Source: Nitrospirota bacterium
Lineage (GTDB): Bacteria; Nitrospirota; UBA9217
DNA: 64,000 bases
Assembly: GCA_963751455.1 (NCBI GenBank)
Contig: CAVVUN010000015.1
Span: 1,600,001 to 1,664,000 of the forward strand
Direction of reading: 5' to 3'
Shown here: positions 43,820 through 52,836 of the stretch, in pieces
Numbering within the stretch: position 1 is the stretch's first letter
Layout of the letters: each line of letters opens with the position of its first letter
Notes under the pieces: model-generated
Told to the model about the DNA's origin: nothing
Database searches by the model: none
What the model saw: the letters and a program-made list of their open reading frames with translations, nothing else
Position numbers and translations under genes: made by a program

Positions 43820-45295
43820 CTATCCCGGTTCATCGAGCTTCCCGAACGCCTTCAGCACCACTTCGGACAAGGCCGGATGTATATGCATGCCCTTTGCGAC
43901 CGCCCAAAGGTTGTTCTCGCCGGCCATAGCATTCACGACCTCCTGGATCAGTATCGACGCCTGGGGGCCGATAATGTGATAGCCCAGGATCTTCCCGCTC
44001 TTCCGGTGCACGACGGCTTTCGTAAAGCCCTCGGTCTCCATCATTGCTTGTCCGCGGGCAACGTCGCTGTACAGGGCTTTTCCAACCAGGATTTCTTTCT
44101 TCCCCATCAATTTGACGGCCTGCTCTTCTGTCAGTCCGACGGACGCGATCTCCGGATAGGAAAAAACAGCGTGCGGAACGGTCACGTAATTCAGCCGGGA
44201 CTTTTTTCCATGGACGACGTTGTGCCAGACCAGTTCAGCCTCGCGGTTGGCCGTATGCCGGAACATTTTCTTGCCGATGGCGTCGCCGAATGCCCAGATG
44301 TCCTTCTTCGATGTTTCGAAGTATTCGTCGACATGGATATAGCCCCGTTCGTCGGTTTTCACTCCTGTGTTTTCAACGCGCAAAAGATCGGCGTTTGATC
44401 TTCTGCCGGCGGCCACCAGGAGATGGCGGGCGCTTAGTTCGAGTTGCTTTCCGTCCCGCTTCCGGGCGCTGACAATCAGGTTTTTCCCCTCAGTGCGGAC
44501 CTCCACGGCTTCGGTATTAGAATGGACGGACATTCGGCGGGAAAGAGCGGTTTCAAGAAGTTTCGAGACTTCGGGCTCCTCATCGGGCACCAGCCGCGCA
44601 TTGCGCTGCAGGATCGTGACCTTTGTGCCTACAGCCTCGAAGAAGTGGGCAAATTCGGCAGCGATGTAGCCCCCGCCGATGATGATCATGCTGTCCGGCC
44701 GTTCCCGGAGTTCGAGGGCGCTTTCGTTCGTGAGGTACTTCACGGCCTCAATCCCTTTCACTGCGGGGATCGCCGGGCGGGCTCCGCTCGCTATCACGAT
44801 GGTCTTGCCTTTAATGGCGACGGGGTTAACGCCGTTAAAGATTCTCTCTTTATTTTCGGACGGCTTTTCGGCAGATCGCGATGTATTGATGCGCTCGTAC
44901 GATTGGTGCGCATCTTTAACCGGGTGAACTTCGAGCGTATAATCCCCGCTAAAATGAGCTTCACCGAGATAAAAATCGAAGTCATCGGCGTCCTGTAAAG
45001 AGCGTTCAATGTGATCACGGCTCGCTGTGACTTCACTCCTCATGCGTTCCATGATCGCTGCAAAATCTATCTCTTGGATTTCGGCGGTAATGCCGAATTT
45101 TTTAGCTTCGCGTATTTCAACGATTCTATCCGCCGGATAGACCAATAGTTTTGTTGGGATTCAGCCGACGTTGAGGCAGGTGCCTCCCAGCGGTCCCTTG
45201 TCCACAAGGGCCGCGGTTTTCCCATGCGCGAGAGCATCTTCGATTAGGCTTGCACCGCTGCCGCTGCCGATTATGATGACATCGTATTCTTTCAT
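43820..45295 (-). CDS. Class I pyridine nucleotide-disulfide oxidoreductase (Lpd/mycothione reductase-like), probable selenoprotein (Sec45)
   Basis: From ATG 45295: MKEYDVIIIGSGSG..GGTCLNVG-TGA-IPTKLL, continuing in frame with ORF 43820-45145; GGGYIAAE, C-terminal HIHPALSE. Confidence 0.85.
45125..45141 (-). promoter_or_regulatory. Candidate bacterial SECIS hairpin
   Basis: TCTATCC-GGC-GGATAGA, stem starting 20 nt after the in-frame TGA, with G at the first loop position. Confidence 0.55.
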
Positions 45296-45454
45296 CTGAA
45301 GTTCGCCTTTCTTCTTGCATGCACCGTCTCATAGGGGTGGATGCCGGTCCGGGGAACTCTCTCGCCGGTTTTATCTATTGTATCATCTTCGGAAAGAGAG
45401 TCAACTGGAAGGAGTAGACGATTGGAAAAGAACGGTGACAGGCAGAAGAAGAAA

Positions 45455-46405
45455 TTACCATTTAAAAGTGAAGATCAGCCCCTTGAGGTCTTTTTGAAAT
45501 ACCGGTTTTATGGAGAGTGTCTTCAAACCTGTTTTCGCGGTTTCTTTTTCCTTGTGATGCCGCGCGAAACCGGTTCCTATTACCGTTCCGAGCGTAATGC
45601 CGGCAAAGACATCAGAGAGGTGGTGTTGATTGTCCTGCACGCGCGAAGCGCCTACAAACGCGGTCGTAAGATACAGCGGAATGGCTATTCTCGGGTCCCA
45701 GTCGTACATTTCCGAAATCGATGCCGCGAGCGTGGCTGTGCTCGAGGCATGGCCCGAGGGAAAGGACAAGCGATCACTGCCGTCGGGACGTTTTCTCCCA
45801 ACCGCATATTTAAACCCCTGGGTTGCCGCCATGTTCACAAGCAAGGCCTCGATTGCGACGATGCCCGTGTCTGCAAGTTTCTTGTCGTTTGACAGTTTTC
45901 CGGTTCCGAATAGCGCGGCTCCGATGCCGGCGTGCAGAGAGAATTGCCCGAGTTTACGACCATACGCGGAAACGTTGCCCAGGGGACGCCGATCGCGGGC
46001 GTAGTCTCCAAACTCGGCATCCAGAGTGAGCGACAATGCCGCCAGTCCGGTTCCAAACAAGGCCAACGGGATATTATCTCGGGAATATAGGCTTTTTGTT
46101 CCATCCGTAATATCGCCGAAAAAATCTTTAAAGTAAGCGCTGGCAGGGGGAACATGATCATTCAGGATCTCTCCGGAATGGGGCCCATCGCCCGTACCGG
46201 CCTCGGCAGACGCGATTTTATCTTCAAATGCACTGAGACTGCGGAAGGTGCCCGCTGTTTTATTGACAGCCGGGGCCGAAAGACCGGGAGGCAAGTCGCT
46301 CATTGAAAAAGCAGTGGCCGATCCGGAAAAAAGGAAAAAAACAAGGCTGATGACAGTGACTGAATTTCGGTATGATTTTTTTCGATAGTGCCGAAACAGA
46401 AGCAT
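45455..46405 (-). CDS. PAP2-family phosphatase
   Basis: KYAVGRKRP, SFPSGH, SRVQDNQHHLSDV. Confidence 0.9.
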   Translation of the reverse strand: MLLFRHYRKKSYRNSVTVISLVFFLFSGSATAFSMSDLPPGLSAPAVNKTAGTFRSLSAFEDKIASAEAGTGDGPHSGEILNDHVPPASAYFKDFFGDITDGTKSLYSRDNIPLALFGTGLAALSLTLDAEFGDYARDRRPLGNVSAYGRKLGQFSLHAGIGAALFGTGKLSNDKKLADTGIVAIEALLVNMAATQGFKYAVGRKRPDGSDRLSFPSGHASSTATLAASISEMYDWDPRIAIPLYLTTAFVGASRVQDNQHHLSDVFAGITLGTVIGTGFARHHKEKETAKTGLKTLSIKPVFQKDLKGLIFTFKW

Positions 46406-46638
46406 AACCGGTAATAAACTCCTTTAAAAGATCGCTGAGCCGATCCGGTATTGTTAAAAAAAGTATTACGATACGAATCAAAAAGTGCACCCATAGTACG
46501 GCATTGTTTTGAGATATGCAATAGAGAGTTAAAGCTCGCGAAGTTGTCTAAGACTTATTTATCATTGACAGGGAACACGCAAAAAAGCTATAACCATCGA
46601 AGCGTTACTATTTTCACAAACGAATAGAAAAGACCCAA

Positions 46639-47820
46639 TTGCACGACCATATTATTAAATACACAAAGAAACTGATCCGTGACCGGACGGCTGTTCCCGA
46701 CAGCGTGCGCTTTTACGTCATGGATGATGCGCTGATAACCAACAGGCAGGATGAATGGCTGCCCGTCTTCGCGCGGGTCTTCACCGGTCTGAATATTACA
46801 GCCCTCCTGTTTGCGCGGTCCTCACTTCCCTTTACTGATTTCCTGATCGCGCGGGCTGATCCCGGTATAAACCGGATCATACCGAAGGACACCGAGACGA
46901 AGACCTTTCTGCATGATATTCCGATCGTGAGAAAAACAGAATGGTCAGGGAAAACGAATAACGAAATAGCCGCCATTTTGATGGGCGCTCTCAAGGAGCG
47001 GAAAGCCGTGATGTTGGAGGGACTTGGCGTCGTAGCAGCAGGCGGTGTAACAATCGAACAGGCCTTTAATGTGTACTCGATGATTTTTCACACAACGTTG
47101 ATTAAATACCTGCTCGATCTTCTCCATGACGGCTTCAAACTGCCGGGGGAGCCGGAAGCTTTTAAGGAGTTCAAAAGCACCTGGGTACGTCCAATCCGAA
47201 CGGAAAATCTTCACTTCGCCCCTGGCCGTTTGTCGGAGCCGGGACAGATCGTTGAGGAACTTCATCGTGTAGGAAGATATACGGTAGGGCAGGGATTGGT
47301 CGATTCTTTCTTCGGAAACATCAGTTATTTTGACGGCAAGACGATTTTTATAAGTCAGACCGCTTCTTCTCTGGACGAGTTGGAGGACCATATCGATCCT
47401 GTTCAACTCGACGCTTCTTCCACAGCCGGTATAACAGCTTCATCCGAGCTTCCTGCTCACCGGGCAATTTATCTTTCGACCGGGTGGCGGGCAGTACTGC
47501 ATGGTCATCCGAAATTCAGCGTCATACTCTCAATGCACTGCCGGGAGGAGGACTGCGGCGTCGAGGATTGCGGCAGGGATTGCAAACGCAGACGCTCGGC
47601 GGGAGGCGTGCCAATCGTTTCCGGTGAAATAGGCGCAGGCGGACTGGCCAGGACCGTACCGAAGGCGACCAGCGAGGCGGGCGCCTGCATCGTGTACGGT
47701 CATGGCGTATTTTCGGCCGGAGAGAACGGTTTCCGTGAGGCCTTTATCAGGATGGCCGAGGTCGAGAACCGCTGCCGCGACGAGTATTTCAGGCTTTTTG
47801 AAATAAAGATCACGGCCTGA
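46639..47820 (+). CDS. Class II aldolase/adducin family protein (two-domain)
   Basis: C-terminal domain GNIS..ASSELPAH..LHGHP..GHGV; TTG start; upstream TTGACA-N18-TATAAC. Confidence 0.75.
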   Translation: MHDHIIKYTKKLIRDRTAVPDSVRFYVMDDALITNRQDEWLPVFARVFTGLNITALLFARSSLPFTDFLIARADPGINRIIPKDTETKTFLHDIPIVRKTEWSGKTNNEIAAILMGALKERKAVMLEGLGVVAAGGVTIEQAFNVYSMIFHTTLIKYLLDLLHDGFKLPGEPEAFKEFKSTWVRPIRTENLHFAPGRLSEPGQIVEELHRVGRYTVGQGLVDSFFGNISYFDGKTIFISQTASSLDELEDHIDPVQLDASSTAGITASSELPAHRAIYLSTGWRAVLHGHPKFSVILSMHCREEDCGVEDCGRDCKRRRSAGGVPIVSGEIGAGGLARTVPKATSEAGACIVYGHGVFSAGENGFREAFIRMAEVENRCRDEYFRLFEIKITA

Positions 47821-49249
47821 TCGTTATATAGATAGTTCCTCCATCCCGGTATACAAGGAGCAGTACAGTGTCGCTCTCTTGTATCTTCGACACTGCCTGA
47901 TCGTAGTCATTGAGCGTCCTGATTTCCTGCCTGTTCACTTCGATGATAATATCATTTACCTGGAGAGCGGCCTGAGAGGGGCTGTCCGCGCTGATGTTTG
48001 TGATTATGACTCCTCCGGCATTGGCAGGCAGTTCCAACTGGTCCCGCAGCGCAGGGGTCAACTCCTGTACCGTAATTCCCTTGAGCACGTTGTTGTAGTC
48101 GATCTTTTTCGTCACTTTCCGCTCTTTATATTCCGTGAGCGTTACCCTGGCGCTGTTCTCCTTGTTGTCCCTGATGAACTTCAATTCCACGGCCTTGCCG
48201 GGCGCAGCAGCTGCAACTGTGTTTCTGAGATTGGTGGCGTCCGTGACCGGCTTCCCGTCGAGATGGGTGATAACGTCGCCCCTCTTGAGTCCTGCCTTAG
48301 CGGCCGGGCTGTCTTTTACCACGTCCGCCACGAGCACCCCGGTTTGCTGTTTGATGCCGAGCGACTTGGCAAGTTCGGGCGTCAGGTTCTGAATGCTTAC
48401 GCCGAGCCATCCCCGGATGACCCTGCCATGCTTGATGATGCTGTCCATCACGGTCCGTATCATCTCTGAGGGTATTGCAAAACCAACCCCCATGTAGCCG
48501 CCGCTTGTCGAGAAGATCGCGGTATTTATGCCGATTACCTCGCCGAGCATATTGACGAGAGCGCCGCCGGAGTTGCCCGGATTGACAGCCGCATCCGTCT
48601 GGATAAAGTCTTCCAGGTCCGCGATGCCGACGTTCGATCTTCCGACAGCGCTCACGATGCCCATCGTGATAGATTGATTCAGACCGAAAGGCGTGCCGAT
48701 TGCCAGAACAAAGTCGCCCTCTTTCAGTTTTTTGGAATCTCCCATCTTCGCGGCCGGAAGCCCCTTGGCGTCGATCTTGATTACGGCGAGATCGGTCCTC
48801 GGATCTGTTCCCACGACCTTGCCCTTGAATTCGCGCTTGTCGGACAGGAGAACCTTGATTTCCTCGGCGCCTTTGATTACGTGATTGTTCGTAAGGATAT
48901 AACCGCTCTCGGACACGATTACTCCCGATCCAAGAGAAGCGGACTTGAATTTCCGTTTCGGATTGTCCTGGTCTCCGAAGAAGCGCCGGAAAAACGGGTC
49001 GTTAAAGAGATCCCCATACGGACCTTCTTCCGCGCTTACGGTGCTTGTTGTCGAAATGTTCACGACCGACGGCTTTGCAACATTGGCGACTTCGGCAAGC
49101 GCCGCGCTTAACCGGGAGAGCAGCTGGACCGAGTCGGGAGATATAGTTTTATCCTTTGGTTCAGCGGCTGCGAAGGCAATGCCCGGGCCAAGCATGCTCA
49201 TGGCCAGGAGAAATGACGCGACTGTCGAGTATATAGCAGGTTTTTTCAT
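47810..49249 (-). CDS. htrA: HtrA/DegP/DegQ periplasmic serine protease with two PDZ domains
   Basis: LGSGVI, TNNHV, DLAVIK, IQTDAAVNPGNSGG, two PDZ domains. Confidence 0.93.
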   Translation of the reverse strand: MKKPAIYSTVASFLLAMSMLGPGIAFAAAEPKDKTISPDSVQLLSRLSAALAEVANVAKPSVVNISTTSTVSAEEGPYGDLFNDPFFRRFFGDQDNPKRKFKSASLGSGVIVSESGYILTNNHVIKGAEEIKVLLSDKREFKGKVVGTDPRTDLAVIKIDAKGLPAAKMGDSKKLKEGDFVLAIGTPFGLNQSITMGIVSAVGRSNVGIADLEDFIQTDAAVNPGNSGGALVNMLGEVIGINTAIFSTSGGYMGVGFAIPSEMIRTVMDSIIKHGRVIRGWLGVSIQNLTPELAKSLGIKQQTGVLVADVVKDSPAAKAGLKRGDVITHLDGKPVTDATNLRNTVAAAAPGKAVELKFIRDNKENSARVTLTEYKERKVTKKIDYNNVLKGITVQELTPALRDQLELPANAGGVIITNISADSPSQAALQVNDIIIEVNRQEIRTLNDYDQAVSKIQESDTVLLLVYRDGGTIYITIRP

Positions 49250-49413
49250 GTGGTCCCTCCTCATCACACGGTTGAAGTGGCACTTTCTTATGATGCGTCG
49301 ATTAGAAGAATGATGGCATGGTGAACACCGTTGAAAGATGTGCGGATCGCGTGCCCATGAAGCGCCTGTTTCTTAGTATACTACGATTTACATTGGGCGG
49401 AACTGAGACGGGA

Positions 49414-52400
49414 TCATTCGATTCTGGCGCAGAGTTGCAGCTTGTTGCTGTCCAGGAACAACAGATAGCCCTCGACTGATTCGAGAGCGAAGATCTGTTT
49501 GGCCGCTTCGCAGTATAAAGATATTTGAGGACGATAGTGGTCGGTCCATGCCGAGAGGGACAGGTCATTCTCAATGCGAATCGCTTTATAGTCTATCACG
49601 AATCCCCTTTGTCCCCGAATAACGACACGGTCCATGATGCCGCTTACAAGGGCGCGGCCTTTCATAAACAGAAAGGGGAGCTCAGAATAGGACCCGGGCC
49701 TGCGCTCGAATAAAAGCGCGTTTTGAGGATCGTTCAAAGCTGTAGTGATGACGGTATGCACCTCGCGAGCGAAAGCGAGGCGCGCCTCATCCGTGAGCCG
49801 ACGGAGTTCAGCGTGCCCCATCATGATCTTGTCCAGAGCATAGCCGCCGGTTGTCGTTACCTCCTCCAGGCAGCGGTGGAGAATGCTGCCGCGCGTCAGC
49901 GGCGATACGGTCCTGTCATCAGCGGGCACAAAATTTTCCACCCGCTCCTCTTTATCCTGATGAATAAAATCCGTGGCTTTTGTCCAAACTGGTGTTACCG
50001 ACCGCTCAACAGGGGCGAGATTTTCGATAGCCCGGTCCATATCAGGCTCTTTCACGGACGTGCGCTCCGATTCGCTCTCGCATTCTTTTTCCCGGGACAA
50101 ACCGGCTTTTTCCTGGTTTTGACCCTGAAATGCCGAAGGCCGGTCCTCGCCCGATTTTTCCGCAGGACAGGAATATACGGATATGCCGGCCGCAATCCGG
50201 ACAGGCGCATCGAACAGGGGTTTCGGCGAAGCGCCGTGGAGATAAGCAAGCCAGGTATCCGGCTTTACCGCTGATTTGCCGTTCGTCAGCGCGCCGATCA
50301 TGATCAGGTGGTCCCGCGCGCGGGTCATCGCGACATAAAGCAGCCGCTGATGCTCCCGCAGCAGTTCCTCCTGCTCGAGCTTCCATAACTCATCATAGAC
50401 CGGGTTTATTCGGTCCTTAACAGCCATTCGGACCCGTCCTCCGGCGTCATCAAGAATTACCAGCGGCCGGGCAGACAGCGACCTGGAATACTGGTTCATG
50501 CCGGGCAGGAACACGATGGGATATTCGAGCCCCTTGGCCTTGTGTACAGTCATGATGCTGATCGCTCCCTCAAAACCCGGGAGGTTGATGTCAGCAGTGG
50601 ACTCGCGCTGCTCGCTCCGGCGGATATTCTTTACCCTTTCGACAAAGTCCTGCAGGTTCGTATAGCCTCTCCGGTCGAACTCCCGGGCCATGTCGAGCAG
50701 CTTGTCGATATTGAATATTGCCTGCGGATTTATGCTGCCGAAGCGGACATATGCCCCGGTCTCACTTACGATTCTGTGGACCAGACCGGAAAGAGGAATA
50801 AGCCCCGAGATTTCCGCCCAGCTCTGGAAGGAGTTTCCGATGTCCGGCCGGAGCCGCTGAAGGGCGGCAAGCATGTTTCCGTCGTCCTGCAGAAGGTCGA
50901 ATATATCCTGTTCTGAAAGCCCGAAGAGCGGAGATTTGAGGGCCGCTGCAAGCGAAAGCCGGTCCTCTCGGTTCCAGAGGAAGAAAAGCACGTTCACGAG
51001 CGACTGCACCTCGTCTTCGTCGTAAAAACCAATGCCGCCCAGCACCCGGTATGGAATGTTTTCCGCCTGGAGGGCGGCTTCATAGTCCTTTAGCTTTGTG
51101 CGCGACTGGATAAGCACTGCGCAGTCTCCGTATGCGGCCTTCCGTTCTATCCATCCGCTGCCGTTATTCGCGCCCGGTTCTCCAGAACGAACGGAGTTCG
51201 TTTGTTTGCTTCCCTCTGCCGCGCCGGGGGATCGAGGCGGCTGTGCCGTGTCTCCGGCGTTCCCGTCCCGCTCATACACAATTGCGCCGGTCGTTATCAT
51301 CGCTTTTATTTCGCGGGCAAGGATCCGGGCCTCGGCCGGGCCCGCTCCCTTCTCTTCCGGCGACGGCTCGAACTCGATCAGCCTGACGCTCCCCGTATGT
51401 TCGCGGCGTTCGGCGTCCGCGGCGGTGTACGCTTCTCCCCAGAGCGACGTGAAGACCTGGTTCACGGTAGCCATGATCTCCGGCGTGGACCGGAAGTTCC
51501 TGTCAAGCGTCAGTATCTCCCGGGAGTCGGCAGGAAGGTTTACTTCCATCTTCCGCCTCACGTCGTGGATCAGGCGGTAATTCGCCTCTCGAAAACGGTA
51601 GATCGACTGCTTTTCGTCGCCCACCACGAACAAGGTCGGCTGCACCCGCTTGTCCGCTCCCCGGCCGGCAAATATCTCCTCGGTCAACTTTCGGATAATA
51701 GCCCACTGGATATCGCTGGTGTCCTGGAACTCATCAAGCAGGAAGTGCAGGATCTTGCGGTCGAGCCAGTAGAGTATATCCATGGATTCGATGTGCTGCA
51801 GCAGCCGGTACGCGCAGATTTCAAGGTCGTCGAAGTCCAGCACTCCCTCTCGCATTTTCGAGTTTTGATATTTCGTTTCGGCGCGATGGAACAGCGTCAG
51901 AAGACTCTCCGCCTCATGTGCGGCCCGGATGCATGAGTCGAAGCTCCGGACCTGGTGAAGCATCGCCTGGATACTGAAGAAATTCTTTTCATAGTCATCG
52001 CGGTCATTGCCTCTGAATCTCCCCTTTGAAATGGCGGCTTTCCTGCAGGGGGACCAGTCCTTATTGAAGTATAGTGAAGCAATCGATTCGGCAGTCCTTA
52101 AAACGGGATCAACGTCACTCTCCCGGGAAAGAAGCGCATGCTGCCTGCCCATGCATTCATCATACAATTCCGGCTGCGACGCCAGGACTCGTTCCATCCC
52201 GCTGAACCGCGATCGCCACTCGCTGCCGGTAATGAGCGCTTTGAGCTCCGCTTCTGCCCGGGAAGCGTCCATACCCGAACGTACGGCTTCGATCAGCCTC
52301 CGAGGCCCGCCGGCGTCTATTTCCATGCGTTTCAGTCTGCTCCTGATGGAGATGAGGAACGTTATCGTGGCCACGAGATCGTCAGCCGTAAAGCGCTTCA

Positions 52401-52836
52401 ACGGGGCAATAAGGACGGGATCCCGATCCGTTTCTTCGAGTGCTTCTTCGACGGCTTTCTCTATCTTCTGAGTCTGGTCGCGGGTATCGAGCACGCCGAA
52501 ATCCGGAGGAATTCCCGCTTCAAGCGGGTAACGCTTCAGCAGGTTCATGCAGAAGGAGTGGATCGTAGAAATGCGCAGGTCCTGCCTGCCCCGGAGGACC
52601 TCTTTAAGCACTGGTTCTGGCAGTTCCCGCATGACGCGTTCCTTGATCTCCGCGGCTGCCTTGTCCGTGAAGGTGATGGCCACTGCCTGGTCGATGTTCA
52701 GGCCCCGTTGGCGCAGCAGGTCAAGGAGCGCCAAATAGCGGTCCTTGAGCGCACGAGTCTTGCCGGACCCTGCCGAGGCTGAGAGGTGTACGCATTTGGC
52801 GGTATCCGTTGTCTTTTTGTCGCTGTTACGGTTCAT
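49414..52836 (-). CDS. addA: AddA-like UvrD helicase-nuclease
   Basis: SASAGSGKT, LLDEFQDTS, VGDEKQSIYRFR, NFRS, MTVHKAKGLE, LYVAMTRARD, nuclease GIMDRV..IDYK. Confidence 0.88.
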   Translation of the reverse strand: MNRNSDKKTTDTAKCVHLSASAGSGKTRALKDRYLALLDLLRQRGLNIDQAVAITFTDKAAAEIKERVMRELPEPVLKEVLRGRQDLRISTIHSFCMNLLKRYPLEAGIPPDFGVLDTRDQTQKIEKAVEEALEETDRDPVLIAPLKRFTADDLVATITFLISIRSRLKRMEIDAGGPRRLIEAVRSGMDASRAEAELKALITGSEWRSRFSGMERVLASQPELYDECMGRQHALLSRESDVDPVLRTAESIASLYFNKDWSPCRKAAISKGRFRGNDRDDYEKNFFSIQAMLHQVRSFDSCIRAAHEAESLLTLFHRAETKYQNSKMREGVLDFDDLEICAYRLLQHIESMDILYWLDRKILHFLLDEFQDTSDIQWAIIRKLTEEIFAGRGADKRVQPTLFVVGDEKQSIYRFREANYRLIHDVRRKMEVNLPADSREILTLDRNFRSTPEIMATVNQVFTSLWGEAYTAADAERREHTGSVRLIEFEPSPEEKGAGPAEARILAREIKAMITTGAIVYERDGNAGDTAQPPRSPGAAEGSKQTNSVRSGEPGANNGSGWIERKAAYGDCAVLIQSRTKLKDYEAALQAENIPYRVLGGIGFYDEDEVQSLVNVLFFLWNREDRLSLAAALKSPLFGLSEQDIFDLLQDDGNMLAALQRLRPDIGNSFQSWAEISGLIPLSGLVHRIVSETGAYVRFGSINPQAIFNIDKLLDMAREFDRRGYTNLQDFVERVKNIRRSEQRESTADINLPGFEGAISIMTVHKAKGLEYPIVFLPGMNQYSRSLSARPLVILDDAGGRVRMAVKDRINPVYDELWKLEQEELLREHQRLLYVAMTRARDHLIMIGALTNGKSAVKPDTWLAYLHGASPKPLFDAPVRIAAGISVYSCPAEKSGEDRPSAFQGQNQEKAGLSREKECESESERTSVKEPDMDRAIENLAPVERSVTPVWTKATDFIHQDKEERVENFVPADDRTVSPLTRGSILHRCLEEVTTTGGYALDKIMMGHAELRRLTDEARLAFAREVHTVITTALNDPQNALLFERRPGSYSELPFLFMKGRALVSGIMDRVVIRGQRGFVIDYKAIRIENDLSLSAWTDHYRPQISLYCEAAKQIFALESVEGYLLFLDSNKLQLCARIE

